Source: Azolla caroliniana
Taxonomy: Eukaryota > Plantae > Polypodiophyta
Direction of reading: 5' to 3'
DNA: 64,000 bases
Assembly: GCA_043228905.1 (NCBI GenBank)
Contig: JBHGNT010000012.1
Coordinates: 3,906,001 to 3,970,000, forward strand
Below are positions 24,601 through 36,763 of this stretch, piece after piece; the stretch's first letter is position 1; every line of letters begins with the position of its first letter. A program made the position numbers and the translations under genes. The notes beneath the pieces are model-generated. The model did not search any database and was not told where the DNA came from. It saw nothing but the letters and a program-made list of their open reading frames with translations.

Positions 24601-27135
24601 TTAGTGTGCCACATGATCGATATTATTTAGACCATACAACAAGAATGAATACATTGCAATTAAGTAATGTGCCATTAACCAATGATTGATTACATGGCAC
24701 ACTCACAAACAACTTTATTAACACTTCACTTCCCTAAGTTGTTTGATTCTGGGAGTCGTAGGATTAATAGAACAAAAAGTAAGGCATTAATTGACCTAAT
24801 ACTTAAACTTAAATGCATTTGAAAAAACTTTCCTTGTCTTTTGTGACTCGATTATAACGGTTTAACTCAAAATTTATGCTATGGGCCATAGTGAAAAATG
24901 ATATCATCTTCCACAAGCTTACAATTACATTGTCTCTAGAGGCTTTGACATCCTGGTTTTCATTACAACTGTCTTCCATGTTTGATTGACATTTCTTACA
25001 TTTTAGCCTGTGTGTTTAAGCCTTATATACTGTTTTAGATAGAATCCAGTTACTCATTGCCATAGCTAATTACTGGTTTGCATTAAGCCTGAGTGCTTAC
25101 TATTTGTACTGACTCATCACCATATCATTACTACTTCTAGAGCTTATTACTGTTTTGCAACAGAATTTATATGCTGTTATAACCAATTTGGCACAATAAC
25201 TACATCTTCTTGCGTCGAGCCTAAGATATGTATACCGCACATGCGTGCTTTCTCCATGTAATAAAATAACAGAAAGTTATCTATTTAAACTTGGACAGCT
25301 GTAGGGAATCTCCAAAGGAACATCCTCTACTTCTGTGAATAGAGAAACAGTTCATATATTTTACCAAGTAGAAAACGTTCTCGAAATTTTGTATTGAGAA
25401 ACGGGCCATATATTTTACTCATGAAACATCCTGTCCGATTGTAAACTATTTGAAGTAAATTGATGCTTCACGTAAATTATGTGAACATTTCTGTACATGG
25501 TAGGTTTAATTTTGCAATTCTCTACAAATATTTATATTGGCTTCTTAATTCAATTAGAACACAGCACCTGCTCCTGATGGTGGTATGACCGGTGGACAAG
25601 CTGTGGCATTGCAAGTTTCAGGGGATCAAGTGGCATTCTATGATTGCAAGTTTAGAGGAAAACAGGATACCTTGTATGATCATAGAGGTCGCCATTACTT
25701 CAGGAACTGCTACATCGAAGGATCGATTGATTTTATATTTGGTGATGGACTGTCACTATACAGAGTAATTAATCTGTGCCATCAATCTCCATAAATCTGC
25801 ATATGAATCTACTTAAAAGTAAAGAGTGGATCACAATGTAATGTACTGCCTCTTATTTCCAAACATAGGGTGAATTATGATTTCGAAACTAATTATAGAG
25901 AGAAAACATAGTAGAGAAGAAAAAAGAAAAAGTATTCACAGAAATTATAACTATGATTAAATTAGGATTGTGAAGTAGTCATTCAAAAGAAGCTTAGTTT
26001 CCTACGTTTAAAGCCTTTCAACTAAGCTTTCCAATAGAGCTATAAATATTTGAATTATGATCGCTTAAATTAGAAGTTCGAGTATTTGTAAAAAGGTAGC
26101 TTAGTTGTTTTTCGAGTTGTAATGCTTTTTAAACAAGGGGTCGAAAATTAACGAGAGAACTCAGAGATTGCATTTGATCTTTCTGCTCCTCCTGCAATTA
26201 GTAGTGATCGTATTATGGTAGCCAGTGACATGGAATAGGAATAATTTATTTGAGGTGGCATTTGATAATGACTTGTCTAGTGCAGGAATGTGAGGTTTAT
26301 TCAGTAGGATCTGGCTTTATAACAGCACAGAAGAGACAAAATTCAAGCGATGATACAGGATTCTCATTTGTGGGATGCAACATCACAGGCAGCAATCAAG
26401 ATATTGACGTGTATTTGGGCAGAGCATGGGGGCCTTTCTCCCGGGTAGTCTATGCCTCTTGCTACATGGACGCAAACATAGATCCTAATGGATGGCATAA
26501 TTGGGGAGATTCAAGCAAGGAAAGGTAAGTACTCGTTAATGTATAATCTGATCTGCAGCATGTAAAACCAATATGGATCGTTATGGATTGCTTTTGGTAT
26601 TGCGCTATGGTGGAACAGAACCAAAGGGTCTTCTGCATGTTCAATTAATTAGATTGATGGGGGAATATGTTTATTTGAATTTTATAGGGTTTGATTCTCA
26701 CTGTTCACTTGGAAAATGGTCTAGAAAGTAGAGCTGGGTATGCTCTCACATTAAGTAGAATCAGTAAATATACTACTCAACAAAACTTGCTACTTGGTTA
26801 TTTCCTGGGAAATTCATTTGTTTGTCCGTTCTCAAATTTATTTGGAATCTCATGTTCTGCCACTTGAGACTGCAAGTCATTCTTATAGGCTTCTAAGGTT
26901 GATTCAATCACTACATTTGCAAAGAAGAGCCAGCATTACATAATTCTTTGCATTTAATCTCTTCTTTGTTGTGCATCTTTGTAGAACGGTTTACTACGGC
27001 GAGTTCAATTGCACTGGTCCAGGTTCTGAAACATTAGGGCGTGTATCTTGGTCTCATCAACTCAATGGGTCCGAGGCTGCACCATTCGTAGACATAAGCT
27101 TTGTCCAAGGTGATGAATGGCTTCCCTATGAATAA
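21659..27135 (+). CDS. Pectin methylesterase (group 1, no PMEI pro-domain) with long His/Ser-rich N-terminal extension
   Basis: Exons 21659-22410, 23987-24188, 25558-25764, 26286-26524 and 26985-27135 (TAA). All five CE8 motifs are present: GLFEEKV, QAVAL, QDTL, DFIFG, LGRAW. The start codon is uncertain. Confidence 0.93.
22670..22920. repeat. ~102-bp tandem repeat (about 2.5 copies) in PME intron 1
   Basis: ATCCATGTRAAGATT...TTCTTGAAGCAAATCAC recurs at ~22670, ~22775 and ~22880. Confidence 0.85.
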
Positions 27136-29221
27136 AAGATTTAGTCTTGTCACATTCAACTAAGATTGTACCTTCCATTTGTCAACAAATTGTAAAGGTA
27201 TAAATAAAGTGATAATAGCGTTGTTTCCCAAATTATTTAGATAGCACACAGAAAGATTTTATATATTGAGTACTATTTTGAAAGAGAACATACGGAATTA
27301 GTGAGGAACATGAAAGAAAGAGTATACATTTTCTCTATTTCTTTCTAATTCTTTAGAAAGAACCTTAATACTTGAAACTAGAGTAGGGATGGGCCTCACA
27401 AAAATTCCAAAGTGGAGGCTTGCAGTCAAGCACATTCATAAAACTGGAATGCATGTTTGATGTGCAATGAATAATACTTATTTAAAGTATACTAAACAGG
27501 GAAGGAGACCTATGGGCTTGCAACTATATAGTAATATGTCTGCATGATGTGTGTTTATGCAAAAATTTGACAAACCAAAATTCTAATTCCCTGATCTAAA
27601 GTAATAATACACATCATGGGTCAGTGGTGATTTCACTAGAACCCCAATTTATGTCAACATGGCAATAAGCAATAAATAAAAAGGAAACTTGACTTATTAA
27701 TTAGGATAACATAATGAAATGATAGTTGTATAAGAAAAAATTAAGAGTAATGCATTCGTACTACTCTAACTTATGACTTCAAGGTGTTATGCTATGTGCT
27801 GTATAGTAAAAGAAGGATGCGAAATCATTAGGTAAAAGAGACAAACTTCTTAAAAAAATATCATGGCCATGTAAGCACCTAGGGGCAATACCCATTGGGA
27901 TCATTAGCCTGCATTTAGATGATGTAAATTATTGTTGAAGCACATCTTGTAAATATTTAAAAACTAGATATGCTGCAACGAAGAGAGAGAGGGTGATACA
28001 GCAAAGAACATAAAGTACTTTAAACAAATGGAGAAAATTAAAATAAAACTACAAATAATAGTTAAAGTAAATCATAATCAACATTTGATAACATGTAATC
28101 AACACTGAACAGAACTGAAGCTAGGTTTAGATAGAGCTCTATCTATGGAATTATACATAGAAGTTAGGAATAATCTAGTAATGAATAGGAGAATGAGTAA
28201 GATATTTCAAAGGCATCTCCAATTAACATAGTTAAATGAATGGAGAAGGAGGTGAACATTAATGTACGCAAACTTCTCATTTCAAAATTCTTATTGGTGA
28301 TCCTCCTATTACTCTACATGTATTAAGGACAAGTAAAAAAATGTAAACTGATTTATTAAAATTCTTACGAGCAATTCTCTTTTTCTTGGCAAATTCAATA
28401 ATTGAAGTATCATGTAACATATATAGGTAATTCTCTTGGAATGAGAGAATAGCAAGTGTGATTACATCAACATTAACAAAATTTCAGTTTATGATTACAT
28501 CCTCATCATCAGTGGAGATAGAGGAAATAAACGCAACATGTGATGAGACAAGATATTTTGGTCTTAGATGATGCTAGAACACATGTTGGGGTGAATATGG
28601 TATTATTTGCCTCCCATATATGGCTATAGAACTTTGATGCATCATTTCATGTGACTCAATATAGAGAGTGGTTCACATGTTAAGAAACCAAGTCACTTGG
28701 CAAAGTTAGACTTAGAGACTCACATCAATGTGATGTGATTGGTATTGGAGATATTTCAATACGTTTTAGTGATGGTTCTTAGTACTTACTATAACATGAA
28801 AATGTATGTCATTTCCCCCAACCAACAAAGTTTGATATATGTTGGTTAGTTGATGACAATGGTTGTAAGGTAATATTTGCTTCCCAATCTTTTTGCATAC
28901 CAGGGGAATAAAGTCAGTTCCCTATATCCACTACTCATTCATCATAAGGAACATCTTTTATTTGTCATAGAATAATTATGACATGTATTTGCATTGGTCA
29001 TTTAGGCCATATGACACAAAATGGCATAGGAATTCGTTCCCATTTTGGCCACTTATCTAAATTGTCATTTTCTAATTTTGCATTTTGTGAACTTTGCCAA
29101 CATAGCAAGCAAAACTAGAAATGCACATAAGACCCACATCAACTCACCCACTCAACCATTGGATCTTCTTCACATGGATGTTTATGGAACTATGCCCACA
29201 AGATCTTTGGATGATGCAGTG

Positions 29222-29375
29222 TGTTATAAACATATACCAAAACTCGAAACTCATAATAGAGATTTGAACCAATGGCCTCTTAAAAAAAGATATTTAACCT
29301 CAACTACTAGGATGGATTATATTATACATAATATTTTTATAATTTTCTTTATATCATTAGAATAAATATACAATA
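29222..29375 (+). mobile_element. LTR 5'-end fragment related to the chromovirus-type LTRs, interrupting copia integrase
   Basis: The copia frame breaks at TGTTATAAACATA. It is followed by GATTTGAACC (antisense B box), TTTAACC and an AT-rich stretch, resembling the reverse complement of 52080-52191. Confidence 0.45.
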
Positions 29376-31865
29376 CTGTGAAATCTCACCACCTCGCATG
29401 GGCTAACATATGATTGCCAAGTGTCATACTTGCATGAATGCCAAGTGGCGATCGATCATGCATCCCCATGAGGTGGCGAGCATGCACGTGTCCAAACCAT
29501 GTTATATAAGCATGTATTCTAGTATTGATGAACCATTCCAGATCAATGCAAGTCTTGGGCATATTCTTGTAACCCTTGTTCTCATTGCTAATACATTGTC
29601 AATTTCCTCGTATTTCTCTCTTATTTTCCTCTTCTCATTGTCTTCTTCACTTTAAACTTGCCAACCCTATTTTGGATGGTTCTATTCATCATGTCTACAA
29701 CATTGTTTTGGATAGGGGGTGCAAGGAGTTGTAAACTCTCTCTGAATGTCTCTAAACTTACAAAAGTCACCAAATTCATGAGGGTTATACTCACCTCCAT
29801 TGTTCAAATGTAAAACATTAAGCTTTATGCCCTTTTCCAACTCAACAGAAGCAATGCATTTTATGAAAGTTGGTTATACATCATCCTTTACATTAATCAT
29901 ATAGACCCAAACTTTCCTGGCATCATCTATGAAGGTGATGAAGCACACTACACCACCCGAAGATCTTGTGGGCATAGGGGCATAAACATCCGTGTGAGGA
30001 AGATCCAATGGTTATGTGGATGAGTGGGTATACTCATTTCCATTGTTTGAACCTAAAGTCTTAAGCTTTATACCCTATTCCAACTCTACCGAAGCAAGGC
30101 ATTTTATGAAAGTAGGGTATACATCATACTTTTCATTAATCAGATAGACCCAAACTTTCCTAGAGGCATCATCTAAGAAAGTGACGAAGCACATTGTGTC
30201 AAGGCCCTATCATTGAACATAACCATGGCCCATAGACCTAGAAGTGGGACAAGAATTGTGGACAAGCAAGACATTGCACTATGATCATATTAGAGTCTTT
30301 GGATGTGAAGCATATGTGCATGTTTCGAAATAACTAAGATAGAAATTGGATTATAAATGTACAAATTGCATTCTTCTTGGTTATGGAATAAATGGGCACT
30401 TTGAAATCACTTATGGGATCTTGACACACATAACACATACTATAGTCAGAAGTAGCGATGTTGTTTTGAATCAAAGTATAAGTAACCCATAAAAGAAGTC
30501 AAAGTGAGAAAAGTGTTATTTAAGGATATTATACATTTTTTTAATGTAAAAAAACATTTCCACTAATGTAGATGCTTCTATATGTGGTCAACCACGTAAA
30601 AATATTGCTAACTAGCATGATAATGCCTAGAATGATGATGCTCACCATCGTGATGTTAAGATAGATGTTTCCCATGCACAACTTGATGGTATTCAAGCTT
30701 AGGAAACATTAAGGAGATCTATGCATTGTCGTGAAATTATGCACATGTGTGTGAAACGTGAATGACACCACTAGGGACTTGAACTAGAGAGGATGGGTTG
30801 TGCGCTTGAATTTTTGTGTTGGAAACTTCAAGCAACTTGTGACACCTATACATATTTGGTTTAGTGTCCTAACGGTTTGCCTTAGTGGGTTTTTTACAAT
30901 GTATTCATACGTAAATTCTATCTATTAGAAATGCAGCACTTAATCATAGTTACTCTATTTGTAAATACAATGGTTCAAATCTTAAACGTGGTCAAATCTT
31001 TCCTGATACAAATACATCTATGTGGCATATTAGGCCTATCCTATATACACATATTATTATTTTATTCTCAATCTTGACATTGGAAGAGGAGAAGATTTGA
31101 GGTGGATAAGGTTGGACGAGTAGAATGTTTAATTCACTAACTTTTGACTTGATGATTAGAATCGCGCTCCGGAAGATCTAGCACGAACTTCACTACAAAC
31201 TCTTATTGTCAACGGTGTGAGTTTTGCGAAGTAGTAATTTGAGGACTCGTATTTTCACAAATCTTGCCTCGAAATTGAAATTACAAACCGAAAACTCTAA
31301 TACAATCCTTGTTTGAAAGTGAATAATAATAGATCATAGTTTTAATAGAACCTACATTATATAATAATCAAATGACGAAGTTCAGTGACGACTCATGAAA
31401 TAGAATCATACAATGAGTAACAACTCGACTCCGTTACAATGAGTGGCTTAGAAATAGTAGATAGAAAAAGCAATTTAGAGATGTAAGATTTGTGGTAGAA
31501 CTTAGGACTCCGAGGGATATTCTCAAGTTTTGTTTAGAAGACCATCAAGACAACTTTGTTTCCTCTTATCATCAATGATTCCCTACTCCAAGCTCGTTTG
31601 AGATTTCAACAACGCTTCTGCCTTGATACAAAATTTGTAACCCAAACAATGAGCTCTCCTATCCCTTTTATAGGTTTTAAGAGGGCCCTAACCAGAAAGT
31701 TTCTTTTTGTATCATGACGTGGAGGCTCAACTTATGCATGAACTTTCTTAGATAGTGATTTTGGCCTTCAAAGGGAAAGGTCATCAAAGTTATTCTATGT
31801 AATGGATAAATCAAATAGAAATCTTCCTATCTCACTTAAGAAAATGATGGTTGCACTCTCAACAA

Positions 31866-31958
31866 GGCTATGTAGAGTACGGTGTTCATGACAAGGCACT
31901 AAAATGCTTTGATCGAATCAGGCAAGAAGGTATCTTGCCAAATGATATCACTTATCTT
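31866..31958 (+). pseudogene. Isolated PPR-motif fragment
   Basis: Translates GYVEYGVHDKALKCFDRIRQEGILPNDITYL, matching the PPR pattern GY.xxG..eeAl.cF..M..eG..Pn.iTf. It is cut on the 5' side at an LTR-like end (...CTCTCAACA, 31864). Confidence 0.6.
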
Positions 31959-32119
31959 TGGTCCGTTCTCGGATGATCTATAATTGTTGAGATGGCATAG
32001 ATTATATTCTATTTGTATAATGCCCCTGGCCACTTTCATTTTAATACCAATGGAGGATATTTTTATGGAAAAAAAAAACTTACAGAGGAACTTTATCTCC
32101 CTTTTTCATTTTTATCACA

Positions 32120-32240
32120 TATCATGACCATACACATTGTTTACTATAGATCAACTTTGTCTCTTCATCTTCCATTATGAGGTTTGAACCCTTGCCCTTT
32201 CATTCATATCACAAGCTCTTTGACGATTGATCTAATTAGT
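32120..32240 (+). mobile_element. Probable LTR 5'-end or tRNA-derived fragment
   Basis: TATCATGACCATAC (decayed TGTCATGA end), then on the minus strand A box TAGATCAATCG (32234-32224) and B box GGTTCAAACC (32190-32181) with 46-nt spacing. Confidence 0.5.
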
Positions 32241-33619
32241 ATTTTCTTTAAGTTCATCTTATTGTCCTTCTTGTCATATCTTTGCCTTGTCATTCAATCT
32301 TTTATATATATTTAATTTAATTTGTTTAATCATGTTCACTTCCCACATTACGATAATATGTCTCCAAACCACCTAGCAAATTTACTGATTTTGTAATGCT
32401 AATAGATGTCGGTGAACCATCATGTTATCATGAAGCCATAATAGTTCATGATCATTGTAAGTGGTAGCATGCAATGCATCGTGAATTGGGTAGTATTCAT
32501 AAGATTGAAACTTAAGATTTGGTGCCTTCACCAAAAGGTATGAATTTAGCATTGCCATATAAAAAGGGTGTAGAAGTACAAATATATATCTGATAATGCT
32601 CTTCCTAAGTATAAAGCTTGTACTGTGGCAAAAGGCTCTTAGCAAGAACAAGGAGTTGATCAATGAAATCTTCTCTCCAGTAGTCAAGATGACTATGTCA
32701 TGCATGATGCTCTCATTTGTTAGAAAAAAAGATTTTGACTTATTTCAAATGGATGTAAAAGCTGTTTTTTTGCATGGATATCTTGATGAGAGATTTATAT
32801 GGAAGAACTGAAGGGTTACAAGGCAAGGTTCATGGAAAAATGCATTTGGTATGAAACTTAAGAAATGTTTGTATAGTCTTATGCAATCTCCTCAAAAGTG
32901 GTATAAAAAATTTGATGCGTTTATGAGGTCCCAATATTATAATAGAAGCAATGAAAACTCATGTCTATATATGAAGAAATATCTAGATAGCACATATGTG
33001 ATTTTAATACTCTATGTAGATGGCATGATCATCGTCGGTAAACAAGTATGACATGTCCAAGCTAAAGAAAAAACCGAGTCAAACATTTGACTTGAAAATT
33101 TTGGGAAATGCAAAATACATTCTTGGCATGTGTATTACTCATGGTAGGACTAGTAATGGATGCATTTATTTGTTTCAATTTAAGTATATATCCAAAATAC
33201 TCAAGAGGTTTAATATGAAGAGTGCAAAATCTTTGAGTACACCATTATCTATGCATGTAAAATTAAGTAAAGTGAATGCCCCAAATCTGATGATGAAAAG
33301 GAGTTCATGGGCAAAATTCCTTACCAGTCAGTCGTTGGTAGCGTCATGTACGTTATGATAGCCTTTAGGCTAGACATTGCATTCACAGTGGGGGCTCTAA
33401 GCAGATTTTTATCAACCATGGTAAGAAACACTGGGAAATTAAGATGATATTGAGACATTTAAGTGGCATTAGGATAACTTTCTATGTTTGGGTGGCAGAA
33501 ATGTATCTATTATTGGATATATGGACTCTATTATGCTGATTGTTTTGATAGTCAAAAGTCTACTTTAGAGTACATCTTTTAGTTTATAAGAGGCGCCATA
33601 TCTTGGAGATCTCGCCTCC

Positions 33620-34141
33620 AAGAATGTATTCCTTTGTCCACTCCAAAAACAAAGTATGTTGAAACTAGTGAGGCATGTAAGGAAGTTGTATGGCTTTATA
33701 GGCTAGCCTGCGACATAGGTATACCTCAACTTGTACACATTGTTTTGTGACAGTCAAAGTGCCATTGTGTTGGCTAAGAATCGGGTGTATCATGTGAAGA
33801 CCAAGCACATTCTAGTGCTATACCATTTCATCCAAGAATGCATAGTTTTGGTTCCATCAGTCTTGAGAAGGTTGTTTCTTGAAAGAATGTATTCCTTTGT
33901 CCACTCCAAAAACAAAGTATATTGAAACTAGTGAGGCATGTAAGGAAGTTGTATGGCTTTATAGGCTAGCCTGCGACATAGGTATACCTCAGCTTGTACA
34001 CATTGTTTTGTGACAGTCAAAGTGCCATTGTGTTGGCTAAAAATCGGGTGTATCATGTGAAGACCAAGCACATTCTAGTGCAATACCATTTCATCCAAGA
34101 ATGCATAGTTTTGGTTGCATCAGTCTTGAGAAGGTTGTTTC
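33620..34141. repeat. Near-identical ~263-bp tandem duplication in the copia RNase H region
   Basis: AGAATGTATTCCTTTGTCC...GAGAAGGTTGTTTCT repeated at ~33621 and ~33884. Confidence 0.93.
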
Positions 34142-35774
34142 TCGACAAAATGTTGTAGATGCATTGTCCAAAGCTCTACCGCATTATGTGTTGGAGCATT
34201 GTTGTCACTTGATGGGAATCACTTAGTTCTTCAGGTTACACAAAATTTCCATTGTGCATATATGTGTAGCATGTTCATCAAGTAGGAGGTTTAAATCTTC
34301 TACAATCTTCCCATCAATTTTGCCATATTTTGGCCTTTAGTGGGAGATTGTTACATAGTGTGAAAGGCCAAAATTGTAATTCCCACAAATAGTAGGATGT
34401 ATATAGGTCAAAGGTGATGCAAAACTAATTATGCCGCCAAAAACTCTCTGCGTCTGCTTGTTCTATATTTTTCTCTATTGTGCATTTTCTGTTGTCGGTG
34501 TTAAACAACTACTCGGCCGCATCACGTTGCTCCAAGAGGTCTTCATAGACCCATTGTTGTGGATTGATGTGATGTGAATATGCACAAACCCCATTTTCTT
34601 TGTAATCTTTTTAACATGCCCAATTAGGTGGCAGATTGTATTTAAGCAAATTGAGGAGGTGGATCTAAGTCACTGATAGGCATAATAGGTTTATCTCTTA
34701 GTTATTTGGCCTTTGATAGGAGATTGTTGTAATCAATGCACATTGGGTGGAGGGGATAATTGTCACACCTATCTATTGTGTACCCTCCTTCAGCCCTATT
34801 ATAAAATGATCTAAAGTAAGGCTTAAGATGGGGGAGGGGTCTCATAACATATGTCTTGTGTGTATTAATAAGAATAATTGTGTAGTTGGTTTGGTATAGT
34901 CCTTGTTGTCCTGTCCGGTCTTCTTCTCTCTGCTTCTCTATCATGCATCATTGTTTTCTTTCACTTAAATTTTGCGTTCCGCAAAAACTACTCATTAACC
35001 CTACCTAGTTTTGTTGCAATGCCAATGTGTGGGGTGTTCACTACCTAGTCTTACACCTTCACTCTCATTAACTCCAACAATATGTAGATAGTAAATCCAT
35101 CTATTACTAAATCTTACTAACTCGGAATATTGACAACATGCAACATATCGAAAGCAACTTTCTTCTTGTACGTCCAAAGGTTGAAAATGACCGATTTTTT
35201 TGTGGCATCACTTGAAGGAATGTATGGCCTTAGCTTGTGGCTAACTTTTGCTTCATAATAATTGGCTTGAAAACGGACATGTAGATGCTTGTGGGCAATG
35301 TCGCTTTTTCTCAACTTGATAGAAAATGCAAATGAATATGTGGCAAGTATTTCCTCCACGTGAAGTAGTTCAAACATGCTCAATCTTTTGCCTTTTTAAT
35401 ATTCATCCAATAGAACATAGTCTACTAGTAAAAGAAAAAACATTGGAAGAAAATATGTCATCATAATAATTTAAAGGAATGTATGTGTGTGTCAATAATG
35501 TGACCGTCTTGGTAACCAGAGGTAATAAAAATGTTTGTTCACATTATACCTAAGCAGAAAACAATGGGCAAGTGTAGCGGCATAACTACTCAGGCTAGTA
35601 GGCAATAAAATGGTTTTCATCAATCCAACTACATTTCATATGAATCAATCCATGTCTTCATGGGCAACAAAATTTCAAATGAAGTCGGCGAAGAAGATGT
35701 GAGGGTGTTTTGGCCACAAACCGTTTGGTTAGCTTGGAAACCGCATGCAAGGTGAGTGAACGAGGACAGTTGTC

Positions 35775-36052
35775 CACGTGATACTTGACTATGAGACAGG
35801 AGGAGAAACGGGTGTTTCTTTTAGCTTAAAAAAGAGACATTGCTCTCGGATTTCTATCGAAAATGTGCACGAGGGCAATACAGTTTCGAAGATGCAGAAT
35901 GTGTGGGGGGGTGTTGTGGTCCACAGAAAAGGGTAAAATAAAAATGCGATGCGGCTTGAAAGCAACAGGAGAGGTGGTCAGGAAAGCTTGTCCACACGAG
36001 ACTCAAGTGTGAAAGAGACGTGTGGTAGCCAATGGATCGACGCAATTCTCTT

Positions 36053-36103
<51 letters not shown>
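35775..36103 (+). promoter_or_regulatory. Candidate PSY upstream elements: G-box, ACGTG core, CCAAT, (GA)n
   Basis: CACGTG at 35775-35780, ACGTG at 36018, CCAAT at 36029, (GA)n at ~36056-36103. Motif matches only. Confidence 0.35.
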
Positions 36104-36104
<1 letters not shown>

Positions 36105-36208
36105 AAACCATTTGGTTAGTTGAAGTGTTTAATGTATTTGTTCTCAAGGGCTCTAGTTCAAATATGACCAAGACCATACAACATTATTGATACATATGAC
36201 TATAAAAC

Positions 36209-36260
36209 GAAAAGAAAGAAAGGAATATTAACGTCTTCTAAGACCAAAATTTGGCCCACA
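36209..36260 (-). mobile_element. ~50-bp extreme 3'-end copy of the RTEX-like LINE, upstream of PSY
   Basis: GAAAGAAAGGAATATTAACGTCTTCTAAGACCAAAATTTGGCCC matches 12238-12280 (GAAAGAAAGATATATTAACGTCTTCTAAGGCCAAATTTGGCCC). Confidence 0.8.
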
Positions 36261-36691
36261 GAGAGAGAGAGAGAAAGAGAGGTGGAGGCGGCCCATCAGC
36301 CGACCGTAGTTTTGTTTTGCTTTCTCCTTCGCCCGAAGAAAATCGCAGGAAAAAAGCGAAAAAGCACCAAAGGCTTCCAAGGAAATTGGGGGACACTTTT
36401 TCTTTTTTAGCTTTTAGGTTTTGGTGAAGAACAGAGCAGAGCTTCTTCTTTTTGTGTTTTGTTTGGCTTTGATTGGCTGAGAATGAAGAAGGGAAATCCA
36501 TGTGGATATGGAGAGAGACACAGACAGAAGAGTGATTGGAAGAGAAAAGCCATAAAAGCTTATCATCATTTCCTCTCTTCATTCTCCCAGAGACAGACAG
36601 ACAGAAACACCCATACTCTGCAGTACCCTTAAACCTAATCCCTAATACTCACACTGAACTCCTGAGATTGTGGAGAATCCATTCTCTTCTA

Positions 36692-36743
36692 AAGAAGAAG
36701 AAGAAGAAGAAGAAGAAGAAGAAGAAGAAGAAGAAGAAGAAGA
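36692..36743 (+). repeat. (GAA)n microsatellite in the PSY 5' UTR
   Basis: About 17 AAG/GAA units directly upstream of ATG 36764. Confidence 0.95.
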
Positions 36744-36763
36744 ACCACCTAAGGTTCTTGACC

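Larger units (their letters stand above)
28560..35079 (+). mobile_element. Decayed, nested Ty1/copia element(s) with probable 3' LTR at 34349-35079
   Basis: Protease-like ASFHVT (~28640), integrase LDLLHMDVYG (~29160) and HIRVFGCEAYVHV (~30290), RT QMDVKAVFLHG, LKKCLYSLMQSP and ILYVDGM, RNase H LFCDSQSAIVLAKN..HVKTKHI. PPT AGTGGGAG at 34339 followed by TGTTAC...CCAACA. Several insertions lie inside. Confidence 0.8.

Noticed and set aside
30727-31893. Solo LTR bounded by TGTCGTGAA...TTCATGACA
   Set aside because: No matching TSD, and the right-hand motif lies inside the PPR-like frame. The region is probably an LTR-derived insert, but its boundaries cannot be fixed.
36536-36763. Poly-Lys N-terminal extension of PSY shown in the ORF track
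   Set aside because: It starts at a non-ATG codon and is the translation of a (GAA)n 5' UTR microsatellite; ATG 36764 gives a normal transit peptide.
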